A DNA stretch of 64,000 nucleotides from an uncultured Gemmatimonadales bacterium (GTDB lineage: Bacteria; Gemmatimonadota; Gemmatimonadetes; Gemmatimonadales; GWC2-71-9), in NCBI GenBank assembly GCA_963728705.1, contig CAVSLY010000011.1, positions 101,701 to 165,700 of the forward strand, in the 5' to 3' direction. Positions 49,975 to 58,338 of this stretch are shown piece after piece (positions within the stretch are counted from its first letter, which is position 1; the number at the start of each line of letters is the position of its first letter). Under the pieces are notes generated by a model. That model saw only the letters and a list, made by a program, of their open reading frames with translations. It made no database searches and was not told the origin of the DNA. Both the position numbers and the translations under genes were made by a program.

Positions 49975-51447
49975 TTGCCTCATCTTTCCCTCGTGACCTT
50001 CCAACGCAAGCTGCTCTTCGGTTTTTCCCTGATGGTGCTCCCGGTGCTGCTCGTCGGTGCGGAAGCCATCCGCAGCAACGTGCTGGAGCGCCGTGCCCTT
50101 ACGGCGCTGGGTGAGAGCATGGCGCGCACGCGGACTTACGCCGAGCTCGAGACTGCCATGTTCGACCAGACCGAGCTCATCTGGCGCGACCTGAGCGGCC
50201 TCGATCCCACCGCGCGGAAGGAATTCCAGCTCACCGGAGAGGTCGTCGGCTACTGGCAGGACCGCTGGCGCGCCGAGCTCAAGCCGGAGGAGACGACGCT
50301 CGCCGACGGGGTCCAGGGCATTCAACGCCAGATCGTCGCCGTGTCCGAGAGCGTCTTCGCGCTGGAGGACGCCGGACGGCGCGAGGATGCGTACCGCCTC
50401 GCCGAGCGCGAGCTCAGAGGCCGGCTCCAGCCGGCGCTCACGCAGATGAACCGGGAGATCTACCGCCGCGCCCGGGAGTCGAGCGTGCGCGGCGCGTTCG
50501 GCCGGCTGGAAGAGATTCTGGCCGACGAGGGGCGGACGCTCGTCGCCATCATCGCGCTCGCGCTCGTGGCCGGACTGGTGGCGAGCTGGGTCATCTCGCA
50601 AAGCCTGGCGCGTCCGATCAAGCAGCTCACCGAGGCCATGGCCGTCGTTGGCGGAGGCGACCTCGACCACCCGGTCCAGGCCACCTCGCGCGACGAGGTC
50701 GGCGACCTGGCGCGCGCGCTCGGGGTCATGACCGGACAGCTCCGCGCCTCGCGTGAGCAGCTGGTGCAGGCGGAGAAGCTGGCCTCGATCGGCGAGATGT
50801 CGGCCGCGGTGGCCCACGGGCTTCGGAATCCGCTCGCGAGCCTCCGCGCGGCCGCGCAGCTCGTCCGGCGCCATCCCGCGTCACCCGGCGCCACCGAGCA
50901 CCTCGACGCCATCATCGAGGAGGTGGATCGCCTCGACCGTCGCATCAGCCACCTGCTCAGCTTCAGCCGTCCGGCGCCGTTCCATCCGGGCTCCGAGAGC
51001 CTGCCGCGGCTGATCGACGACCTGTTGCCTGCCGTCGCGACGCCGATTCGCGAGCAGCACGTCGAGCTCGAGATGGCGGTGCCCGTCACGCTGCCGGCGG
51101 TGCGGGTGGATCCCATGCAGCTCGAGCAGGCCATCCTGGAGATCGTGTCGAACGCCCTCGACGCCATGCCTGGAGGCGGACGTCTTCGGATCGGGGCCTA
51201 CGTCGCCAATGGCGAGGGGCCGGCCGCCGTCGTCCTCGAGGTGAGCGACACGGGCGGCGGCATCCCCGAACAGGCACTCTCGTCGGTCTGCGAGCCGTTC
51301 TTCACCACCCGGCAGGAGGGCACCGGGCTCGGCCTGGCGATCGCCAAGCGGTACATCGAGCAGAACGGCGGCCGCCTGGAGATCGCGAGCCGTGTGGGCG
51401 AGGGCACGACGGTTCGGGTCCGCCTCCCCACCGAGCGCACCGCGTGA
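49975..51447 (+). CDS. sensor histidine kinase (TM-HAMP-HisKA-HATPase)
   Basis: HAMP (RPIKQLTEAM..GDLD), H-box AAVAHGLRNPL, and G-boxes DTGGGIP and GTGLGLAIAK. Start is TTG 49975 or GTG 49993. Confidence 0.85.
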   Translation: MPHLSLVTFQRKLLFGFSLMVLPVLLVGAEAIRSNVLERRALTALGESMARTRTYAELETAMFDQTELIWRDLSGLDPTARKEFQLTGEVVGYWQDRWRAELKPEETTLADGVQGIQRQIVAVSESVFALEDAGRREDAYRLAERELRGRLQPALTQMNREIYRRARESSVRGAFGRLEEILADEGRTLVAIIALALVAGLVASWVISQSLARPIKQLTEAMAVVGGGDLDHPVQATSRDEVGDLARALGVMTGQLRASREQLVQAEKLASIGEMSAAVAHGLRNPLASLRAAAQLVRRHPASPGATEHLDAIIEEVDRLDRRISHLLSFSRPAPFHPGSESLPRLIDDLLPAVATPIREQHVELEMAVPVTLPAVRVDPMQLEQAILEIVSNALDAMPGGGRLRIGAYVANGEGPAAVVLEVSDTGGGIPEQALSSVCEPFFTTRQEGTGLGLAIAKRYIEQNGGRLEIASRVGEGTTVRVRLPTERTA

Positions 51448-51457
51448 GGCGCACGTC

Positions 51458-52897
51458 GTGAGCGGCTCGACCGTGCTCATCGTCGACGACGAGCGCACGC
51501 TCGCCCGGGCCATCAAGGCGTTCCTGACCGAGTCGGGCTACGAAGCCGAGGTGGCGGGCGACGCGGAGCAGGCGCTCCGGCTGCTCGAGACCATGCGCCC
51601 CGACGTCGTCTTCACCGACGTGCGGCTTCCCGGCATGGACGGCATCGAGCTGCTGCGGCGGATCCGCGAGTTCGACGCCGCCATCCCCGTGATCATCATG
51701 ACCGCGCACGGCACCATCGAGGGCGCGGTCGAGGCCGTGAAGCTGGGCGCGTTCGACTACCTCAAGAAGCCCATCGACCTCGAGGAGCTCAAGCTCCTGG
51801 CCGACCGCGCCCGGGAGCACTCCCAGCTCCGCCAGGAACTCTCCTACTACCGCCGGCGAGACGCGGCGCGCGAGACGCCGCTTGCCGGCGTCATCGGCGA
51901 GTCGCCGTCCATCCGGGAGGTGCTGGACCAGGCGCGCCAGATCGCGGCGCTCGATGAGACGCCGCCGGTCCTCATCATCGGCGAGACCGGCACCGGGAAG
52001 GGCCTCGTCGCGCGCACCATCCACAGCGCGAGTCCGCGCGCGGGCCGGCCCTTCATCGAGGTGAACTGCACGGCGCTCCCGGCCACGCTCATGGAAGCCG
52101 AGCTCTTCGGCCACGAGCGGGGGGCATTCACCGACGCGAAGGAATCGCGCATGGGCCTCTTCGAGGCCGCCGATGGTGGGTTCCTGTTCCTCGACGAGGT
52201 GGGCGATGTCGAGCTCTCGCTCCAGGGCAAGCTGCTCAAGGCGGTCGAGGACCGGACCGTGCGGCGCGTCGGTGGCATCCGCGACCGCCGGATCGACGTG
52301 CGGATCCTGGCCGCTACCAACCGGGATCTCGAACGCGACGCTCAGCGCGAGACCTTTCGCCGGGACCTGTACTTCAGGCTGGCGGTGATCATCCTGCAGC
52401 TACCGCCGCTCCGGGAGCGGGGCAGCGACATCCTGCTCCTGGCCCAGCACTACCTCGAGCGGTTCAATGCCAAGTACGGGAAGGACGTGCGACAGATCGA
52501 CGCGCGCGCCCGGACGCTGCTGGCCGAGTATCCGTGGCCAGGCAACGTGCGCGAGCTGAGCCACGTGATCGAGCGCGCGGTCCTGTGGAGCCGCGGACCG
52601 ATGCTGGACGTCGAGCACCTCTCGCTCGGCACGCCCGCAGGGGCGGGACCGGCGCCAGAACCCCGAGCGGCATCGCCAACGGGGTCGACCGCGTCGCCGG
52701 CTCCGGCTCCAACCGGCGCCGCGAGCGGAGGGTATCCGGTCTCTCCACCGCCCGGCCTGCCGCTCGACCAATGGGAGCGCACGCTCATCGAGCAGGCGCT
52801 TCGGGAGTGCGACGGCAACCAGACCCGTGCCGCCCAACGGCTGGGAATCAGCCGTGACACGCTGCGGTACCGGCTCAAGAAGCATGGGATTCAGTGA
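51458..52897 (+). CDS. sigma54-dependent response regulator (NtrC family)
   Basis: GTG 51458. Receiver (LIVDDE..DVRLPGMDG), AAA+ (GETGTGKGLVAR, ERGAFTDA, FLFLDEV) and a C-terminal Fis-type HTH (NQTRAAQRLGISRDTLRYRLKKHGI). Confidence 0.9.
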   Translation: MSGSTVLIVDDERTLARAIKAFLTESGYEAEVAGDAEQALRLLETMRPDVVFTDVRLPGMDGIELLRRIREFDAAIPVIIMTAHGTIEGAVEAVKLGAFDYLKKPIDLEELKLLADRAREHSQLRQELSYYRRRDAARETPLAGVIGESPSIREVLDQARQIAALDETPPVLIIGETGTGKGLVARTIHSASPRAGRPFIEVNCTALPATLMEAELFGHERGAFTDAKESRMGLFEAADGGFLFLDEVGDVELSLQGKLLKAVEDRTVRRVGGIRDRRIDVRILAATNRDLERDAQRETFRRDLYFRLAVIILQLPPLRERGSDILLLAQHYLERFNAKYGKDVRQIDARARTLLAEYPWPGNVRELSHVIERAVLWSRGPMLDVEHLSLGTPAGAGPAPEPRAASPTGSTASPAPAPTGAASGGYPVSPPPGLPLDQWERTLIEQALRECDGNQTRAAQRLGISRDTLRYRLKKHGIQ

Positions 52898-52923
52898 GGG
52901 TCGCGTCTTGAGTGACCTGGGCC

Positions 52924-52989
52924 GTCATCCTGAGCGAAGCGAAAGAGCCATGCCTTAGGTCATGGCTCCTTCGCTTCGCTCAGGATGAC
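52924..52989. repeat. palindromic repeat element, copy B (near-perfect 29-bp arms)
   Basis: GTCATCCTGAGCGAAGCGAAAGAGCCATG-ccttaggt-CATGGCTCCTTCGCTTCGCTCAGGATGAC with one arm mismatch. Sits between the convergent NtrC and SGNH genes and probably also acts as a terminator hairpin. Confidence 0.8.
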
Positions 52990-53004
52990 GAGGCGGCTGT
53001 CGTG

Positions 53005-53901
53005 TTAAGGAACGTCCGTCGGACCGTAGTCGCTGTACCGCTCGAGCGCCGCCTGCGCCGCCTCCTGAAGCCGCTGGGCCTTCGTGGGGTCGACCGTCGC
53101 CGGTGCGGGCAGGCCGAGCGGTGAGCGCCCGGAGAGCGCGGCGAAGATCGTGAGCGCCGCCGCGTAGCTGCCGGCCGGGGTGGGATGAAACCCGTCGCCG
53201 CCATACAGCGCGAGCGACGGGTCGGCGCGCCACGCCGCCCGCCAGGATTCTCCTGCCGGCAGGAACCAGCCGGACACGTCTCGCGCGGCGAGCGCGTACG
53301 AGTCCCGCACCCGATCGAACCAGGCGAATCGGGTGAGGTCGGGCCACACCATATACAAGGCGGACCGACCGCCCGCCGCGCGCACCAGCCCGTCGAACTG
53401 CACCACCCAGTGCCGCAGGTTGGTCCGGCTCTCGGGCAACGACGAGGGACCTTGTTGCAGGACCACGGCATCCCAGTGGCCGCTCTGTATCCGGGCCTGG
53501 GCGGAGCCGCCCTTCCAGTGGTCCTCCAGGCTGGCGCCGCCTTGCAGTTCTGCCTGTACGTCCCAGTCGAGCCCTTCGGCCGTGGCCATTGCCAGGACCT
53601 GCGCCGGCAGATCGTTCGCGTCAGTGAGGCTGTTGCCGATGAAGAGCACCCGGGCTCCCGAACCGAGGCCAGATGGATTAGGAATCGGCGGTCCCGGTTT
53701 CGGTGACGGGGGCGGGCCCGGGTCAGGTGGCGGTGGCGGCGGGGCGGGAGGCGGTGGTGGCGCGGGTGGAGCCGGGGGCTCCGGTGGCGGATTGTTTCCC
53801 GTGGGTGGGGTCGTAACGTCGGATGACGAGCCGGCGCAGGACGGCCCGACGGCAAGCGCAAGACACATCGCCAGCACCGCGGCCCGCCAATCATGGAGCA
53901 T
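53005..53901 (-). CDS. SGNH/GDSL-type hydrolase lipoprotein with a proline-rich linker
   Basis: Signal peptide and lipobox-like AVGPSC. Roughly 40-aa run that is mostly Pro. VLFIGNSLT (block I Ser) and GDGFHP (block V). Confidence 0.65.
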   Translation of the reverse strand: MLHDWRAAVLAMCLALAVGPSCAGSSSDVTTPPTGNNPPPEPPAPPAPPPPPAPPPPPPDPGPPPSPKPGPPIPNPSGLGSGARVLFIGNSLTDANDLPAQVLAMATAEGLDWDVQAELQGGASLEDHWKGGSAQARIQSGHWDAVVLQQGPSSLPESRTNLRHWVVQFDGLVRAAGGRSALYMVWPDLTRFAWFDRVRDSYALAARDVSGWFLPAGESWRAAWRADPSLALYGGDGFHPTPAGSYAAALTIFAALSGRSPLGLPAPATVDPTKAQRLQEAAQAALERYSDYGPTDVP

Positions 53902-54015
53902 GAATCGCGTCCTCAGTACCGGCGATGTCGTGGATGATGCCTGCGCGGTCCGTTCGGAGGTGACGCCGATAGTGGCTTTTCCGGCACGCGCCTGTCGCTC
54001 CGCTCACCCGCCAGT

Positions 54016-54034
54016 GGGTGGGATCACCCAATCG
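54016..54034 (+). promoter_or_regulatory. 19-nt motif copy 1 (GGGTG-N4-CACCC-AATCG), UAS-like position
   Basis: GGGTGGGATCACCCAATCG, about 115 bp upstream of the sigma54-type -24 element. 17/19 identical to the copy at 54193. Confidence 0.4.
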
Positions 54035-54138
54035 GGTGCTATGCCCCAACCCTTACGCATCCGAGGTCGTCCGGTGGGAATCGGCGCAAACCGGTCCCGC
54101 ATATATGCTTAGACAACAATCGATCACGCCGATCATTC

Positions 54139-54154
54139 TGGCACACCACCTGCG
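54139..54154 (+). promoter_or_regulatory. sigma54-type -24/-12 promoter upstream of pqqA
   Basis: TGGCAC-accac-CTGCG against the consensus TGGCAC-N5-TTGCW. Lies in an AT-richer intergenic region 94 nt before the pqqA ATG. Confidence 0.45.
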
Positions 54155-54192
54155 TTAAAGCGGGCGTCGTCGGGTCCTCCAACGATCCGACT

Positions 54193-54211
54193 GGGTGGTA
54201 ACACCCAATCG
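54193..54211 (+). promoter_or_regulatory. 19-nt motif copy 2, in the pqqA leader
   Basis: GGGTGGTAACACCCAATCG, between the putative promoter and the SD (GGAGGA at 54235-54240). Could fold as a 5-bp hairpin with a GUAA loop. Confidence 0.4.
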
Positions 54212-54247
54212 TCAGTCCGTTCCACAACCCTCTCGGAGGACGAAAAC

Positions 54248-54322
54248 ATGAAGTGGACCAAGCCCGAGGCCGAGATCGTCGCCGTCACGATGGAAGTCAC
54301 CGCGTACGTCGCGACCCTGTAA
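54248..54322 (+). CDS. pqqA: PQQ precursor peptide (small ORF absent from the ORF track)
   Basis: MKWTKPEAEIVAVTMEVTAYVATL (24 aa) with the conserved E-x3-Y (EVTAY) and an MKW..P N-terminus. Strong SD. Directly upstream of pqqB. Confidence 0.9.
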   Translation: MKWTKPEAEIVAVTMEVTAYVATL

Positions 54323-54336
54323 GGCGAAAGACTGAT

Positions 54337-54372
54337 CTGAGGGGCTCGCGAAAGCGGGCCCCTCAGTCTTTT
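54337..54372 (+). terminator. stem-loop/attenuator between pqqA and pqqB
   Basis: CTGAGGGGCTCGC-GAAA-GCGGGCCCCTCAG (13-bp stem including one G-U pair, GAAA tetraloop) followed by TCTTTTCC. Confidence 0.55.
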
Positions 54373-54399
54373 CCGCCCCCTCCGCCCCCGTCTTTCCCC

Positions 54400-55308
54400 A
54401 TGCATATCGTTCTCCTCGGTACCGCCGCCGGTGGGGGATTCCCCCAATGGAATTGCTGGTGCCTGTCCTGCCGGGTGGCTCGTGAGGACCCGCGGCGCGC
54501 GATCCCGCGGAGCCAGTCGTCCGTCGCCGTGAGCGGCGACGGCGCGCGATGGTTTCTCCTCAATGCATCGCCCGACGTCCATGCGCAGCTCGGCCGCCTC
54601 CACGTGCCGGTGCCCGCCGGAACTCGGCATGTCCCGGTCGAGGGCATCGTCTTGACCGATGCCGAGCTCGACCACACGCTTGGTATCGTGCTCCTGCGCG
54701 AGGCGCGGCGGCTGCAGGTGGCCGCCACCGACGCGGTCCGGCGGGTCATCGAGGACGATTCGCGGCTGCTCCCCGTCACCCGGGCGTTTGCCGACGTCAC
54801 CGTCACCGAGCTCGTGCCCGACCAGCCGCTCGAGCTCTGCTACCGCGACGGAACGCCGAGCGGGCTCCGGGTGACCTGCTTCCCGGTGCCCGCGGGCCCT
54901 CCGCGGTTCGCCCGCGAGGAGCGCCCGGCCCACACCGTGGGGCTCCTGGTGCAGGACGAGCGTACCGGCGGCACCTGCGCCTTCGTCCCCGGCTGCGGCG
55001 ACCTGGACCAGGCCCTGCTCTCACGCCTGGGCCGCGCGGACCTCGTACTGTTCGACGGGACGTTCTGGACCGACGACGAGCTGATCGGACTGGGCATCGG
55101 CGAGCGCACGGCGCGTCAGATGGATCATCTGCCGGTCTCCGGACCCGACGGCAGCCTGGCCCGGCTCGGTCGGCTGCCGAGTCGGCACCGGGTGTACACG
55201 CACATCAACAACACCAATCCCATGTTGCTCGAGGATGCGCCCGAGCGGGCCCTGGTCGAACAGGCCGGTCTCCGGATCGGCGTCGACGGCATGCGATTCA
55301 CCCTCTGA
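54400..55308 (+). CDS. pqqB: PQQ biosynthesis protein B (metallo-beta-lactamase fold)
   Basis: ATG 54400. MHIVLLGTAAGGGFPQWNCWCLSC is characteristic of the PqqB N-terminus. Confidence 0.9.
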   Translation: MHIVLLGTAAGGGFPQWNCWCLSCRVAREDPRRAIPRSQSSVAVSGDGARWFLLNASPDVHAQLGRLHVPVPAGTRHVPVEGIVLTDAELDHTLGIVLLREARRLQVAATDAVRRVIEDDSRLLPVTRAFADVTVTELVPDQPLELCYRDGTPSGLRVTCFPVPAGPPRFAREERPAHTVGLLVQDERTGGTCAFVPGCGDLDQALLSRLGRADLVLFDGTFWTDDELIGLGIGERTARQMDHLPVSGPDGSLARLGRLPSRHRVYTHINNTNPMLLEDAPERALVEQAGLRIGVDGMRFTL

Positions 55309-55317
55309 GGCCCGACC

Positions 55318-56076
55318 ATGACGACCACGCTCGCCGCCTCGCAGCTCGCCACGCCACCTCGGCCACCGATCCCGGTCCTCGAGCGTCCGCTCGCGCCGGC
55401 GGCGCTCGAGGAGGCCCTGCGCGCGTTCCATGGGTCGTACTACGTCCAGCACCCGTTTCACCAGCTCATGTACGAGGGCAAGCTCAGCCAGCGGCAGTTC
55501 CAGGGCTGGGTGACCAATCGCCTCGCCTATCAGCGCGTCGTGCCGCGGAAAGACGCTGCGATCCTGTCCAACTGCCCCGACGCCGACGTGCGGCGTGAGT
55601 GGATCGGCCGCATCATCGACCACGACGGCACCGAGCCGGGCACGGGCGGGATCGAGCTCTGGATCCGGCTCGGCATTGCGCTCGGTGTGCCGCGCGAGGA
55701 GATGGAGGACGAGCGGCACGTGCTGCCGGCGGTGCGGCTCATCTGCGAGTCGTACGTCACGTTCTGCCGGAGCAAGCCGTGGCAGGAGGCCTGCGCGTCG
55801 TCGCTCACCGAGCTGTTCGCGCCCAAGATCCATCAGCAGCGGATCGAGGCGTTCCCCCGGCACTATCCGTGGATTCCGCCCGAGGGACTCGACTACTTCA
55901 AGAGCCGGCTGGTGCAGGCCCCGCGCGACGTGAACCACGGGCTCCGCATCGTGCGGGCCTGGGCCACGACGCCCGAGCGGCAGCAGAAGGTGTTCGAGGC
56001 GTTGGCCTTCAAGCTGGAGATGCTGTGGGCCATGATCGACACCATCCACAATGCCTACCGCGAGGAGCCGGCGTGA
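55318..56076 (+). CDS. pqqC: pyrroloquinoline-quinone synthase
   Basis: 252 aa. YYVQHPFHQLMYEGKLSQRQFQGWVTNR. Position in the operon. Confidence 0.9.
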   Translation: MTTTLAASQLATPPRPPIPVLERPLAPAALEEALRAFHGSYYVQHPFHQLMYEGKLSQRQFQGWVTNRLAYQRVVPRKDAAILSNCPDADVRREWIGRIIDHDGTEPGTGGIELWIRLGIALGVPREEMEDERHVLPAVRLICESYVTFCRSKPWQEACASSLTELFAPKIHQQRIEAFPRHYPWIPPEGLDYFKSRLVQAPRDVNHGLRIVRAWATTPERQQKVFEALAFKLEMLWAMIDTIHNAYREEPA

Positions 56077-56336
56077 CGCTCTCGCCCGACTCGGTGCCGC
56101 GGATCTGGCGGCTGGCCCGGCTGGATTACGACCCGGCCCGGCAGCGGCCCGTGCTGTTGTACCCCGAGGGCGCCGTGCTCCTGAACGACACCGGCCGCGA
56201 GATCCTCGAGCTGGTCGACGGCACTCGCACCGTGGCCGAGATTGCGGGGCTCCTCGGTGCGCGCTACCAGACCGACGTCACCGCCGACGTGACCGACTAC
56301 CTGTCGCGCCTGGCGGAAAGGGAGCTGATCCAATGA
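56073..56336 (+). CDS. pqqD: PQQ biosynthesis peptide chaperone
   Basis: GTG 56073 overlaps the pqqC stop. VLLYPEGAVLLNDTGREILELVDGTRTVAEI. Confidence 0.85.
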   Translation: MTLSPDSVPRIWRLARLDYDPARQRPVLLYPEGAVLLNDTGREILELVDGTRTVAEIAGLLGARYQTDVTADVTDYLSRLAERELIQ

Positions 56337-57418
56337 CGACCGAACGTCCGACCACGCTGCTGGCAGAGCTGACGCACCGCTGTCCGCTCCACTGCCCCTA
56401 TTGCTCCAACCCGCTCGACCTGCTCCGAGCCGAGAGCGAGATCGGCACCGACGACTGGAAACGGGTGTTTACCCAGGCGCGGGAGCTGGGCGTGCTGCAG
56501 CTCGGCCTCTCGGGCGGTGAGCCGCTCATCCGGAAGGACCTGGAGGCGCTCGCCACGCACGCCCGGAGCCTGGGCCTCTACACTACGCTCGTGACCTCGG
56601 GCCTCGGCCTCACCCGCAAGCGTGCCGAGGCGCTCCGGACGGCCGGCCTCGAGCACATCCAGGTGTCGGTGCAGGACGCGGATGCCGAGACGGCGGAGCG
56701 GATCGCGGGCGTGAGCTCGGTCAAGCAGAAGCAGGCGGCCATCGCGCTGGTCAAGGAGCTGGGCTTCGCCTTCTCGATCAACGTGGTGCTCCACCGCGCC
56801 AACCTCGACCGCATCGGCGAGATCATCGACCTCGCCGCCGGCTGGGGCGCCGACCGGCTCGAGCTCGCCAACACGCAGTACTATGGCTGGGGGCTCAAGA
56901 ACCGGGCGACGCTCATGCCCAGCCGCGAGCAGGTGCTGACGGCCCGGGAGATCGCCCAGGACCGGATGCTGCGCTACAAGGGGCAGATGCAGATCACCTT
57001 CGTGCTCCCCGATTACTTCGAGGAGCTGCCCAAGGCGTGCTACGGCGGGTGGGGACGGTACTACATCGTGGTAGCGCCCGACGGCAAGGCGCTGCCCTGC
57101 CATGGCGCGTACGCGATCCCGTCGCTCGACCTGCCGAGCGTGCAGGACCACTCCATCCACTGGATCTGGCACGAGTCGTCCGCGTTCGAGGCCTTCCGCG
57201 GCGACGCGTGGATGAAGGAGCCGTGCCGGACCTGCCCGCGGAAAGCCGTGGACTTCGGCGGCTGCCGCTGCCAGGCACTCGCGCTGACGGGCGACGCGGC
57301 CAATGCCGACCCGGTCTGCACATTGAGCCCGCACCGTCACCTCATCGACGAGGCGCTGCACGAGCATGCCGGCGCCGACGCCTACGTCTATCGCGACTTT
57401 GCCGTCGAGCCGCGTTGA
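56333..57418 (+). CDS. pqqE: PQQ biosynthesis radical SAM protein
   Basis: ATG 56333 (ATGA overlap). CPLHCPYC radical-SAM cluster motif. C-terminal SPASM cysteines (CRTCPRKAVDFGGCRCQA). Confidence 0.9.
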   Translation: MTTERPTTLLAELTHRCPLHCPYCSNPLDLLRAESEIGTDDWKRVFTQARELGVLQLGLSGGEPLIRKDLEALATHARSLGLYTTLVTSGLGLTRKRAEALRTAGLEHIQVSVQDADAETAERIAGVSSVKQKQAAIALVKELGFAFSINVVLHRANLDRIGEIIDLAAGWGADRLELANTQYYGWGLKNRATLMPSREQVLTAREIAQDRMLRYKGQMQITFVLPDYFEELPKACYGGWGRYYIVVAPDGKALPCHGAYAIPSLDLPSVQDHSIHWIWHESSAFEAFRGDAWMKEPCRTCPRKAVDFGGCRCQALALTGDAANADPVCTLSPHRHLIDEALHEHAGADAYVYRDFAVEPR

Positions 57419-58338
57419 GCGCGTCGCCGGCGATCGTCACCGCGGGGCTCGGGCGCGACTATGACAGTGTCCGGGCCCTCGACGCGTTGAGCCTGGAGGT
57501 TCCGCTGGGCGCGCTGGTCGGCCTGCTGGGTCCCAATGGCGCGGGCAAGACGACTGCGATGCTGCTGCTCGCCACGCTGCTGGCCCCCTCCCGCGGCGAG
57601 GCCACGATCTTCGGCCACGACGTGGTCCGCGAGCGCGGCGCCGTCCGGCGCCGGCTGGGTCTCGTGTTCCAGGAGACCAGCATCGACGGTCTCCTCACGG
57701 TCGAGGAGAACCTCCGCTTTGCCGGCCGCCTCGCCGGCCTGGGCGGGGGCGAGCTCCGCGCCGCAGTCGCCGCGGCGATCGACCGTGCCGGACTCCGGGC
57801 GCTCGCGGCGCAGCCGGCGCGGCAGCTCTCCGGCGGCTGGCGGCGGCTGGTGGACATCGCCCGCGCCACGCTGCACCGGCCGGACCTCCTCGTCCTGGAC
57901 GAGCCCACGGTCGGCCTCGACCCCGAGCATCGCGAGCTGATCTGGACCATCCTCGGCGCGGAGCGGCGCGAGCGCGGCACGACGGTCCTCTTCTCCACGC
58001 ACTATCTCGCCGAGGCGGAGCCCGCCGACCGGGTGGTCCTGCTCTCACGCGGCCGCGCGGTGGCCGACGGAACGCCGGCCGCGCTCAGGGCGGCCGTCGG
58101 CGTCGAGGTCGCCGAGATCGAGGGGCCCGGGGCGGAACGCCTGGCGCGGGCGATCCGCGGGCTGGGTGCCACGGCCACCGTGCTCCAGACCGACCGCGGT
58201 TTCCGGGTGGGCATTGTCGGGGAGCGGGAGTCGGTCATGGAGCTGGCCACCAGCGCCCCTGGGATCGAGCGGCTCGCCCTTCGGCCGGCGACGCTCGAGG
58301 ATGCGTACTTCGCGCACACACGCGAGGGCGCGGCATGA
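57415..58338 (+). CDS. ABC transporter ATP-binding protein (ABC-2/DrrA-like)
   Basis: TTG 57415 overlaps the pqqE stop (TTGA); start tentative. Walker A GPNGAGKTT, signature LSGGWRRLVDIARA, Walker B LLVLDEPTVGLD. Confidence 0.8.
   Translation: MSASPAIVTAGLGRDYDSVRALDALSLEVPLGALVGLLGPNGAGKTTAMLLLATLLAPSRGEATIFGHDVVRERGAVRRRLGLVFQETSIDGLLTVEENLRFAGRLAGLGGGELRAAVAAAIDRAGLRALAAQPARQLSGGWRRLVDIARATLHRPDLLVLDEPTVGLDPEHRELIWTILGAERRERGTTVLFSTHYLAEAEPADRVVLLSRGRAVADGTPAALRAAVGVEVAEIEGPGAERLARAIRGLGATATVLQTDRGFRVGIVGERESVMELATSAPGIERLALRPATLEDAYFAHTREGAA

Noticed and set aside
53690-53830. GGC/GGT-rich repetitive DNA that looked like a tandem repeat or array.
   Set aside because: It is the antisense of a proline-rich linker (PPPEPPAPPAPPPPPAPPPPPP...) inside the SGNH lipoprotein ORF. 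This is coding low complexity with no spacer/repeat periodicity.
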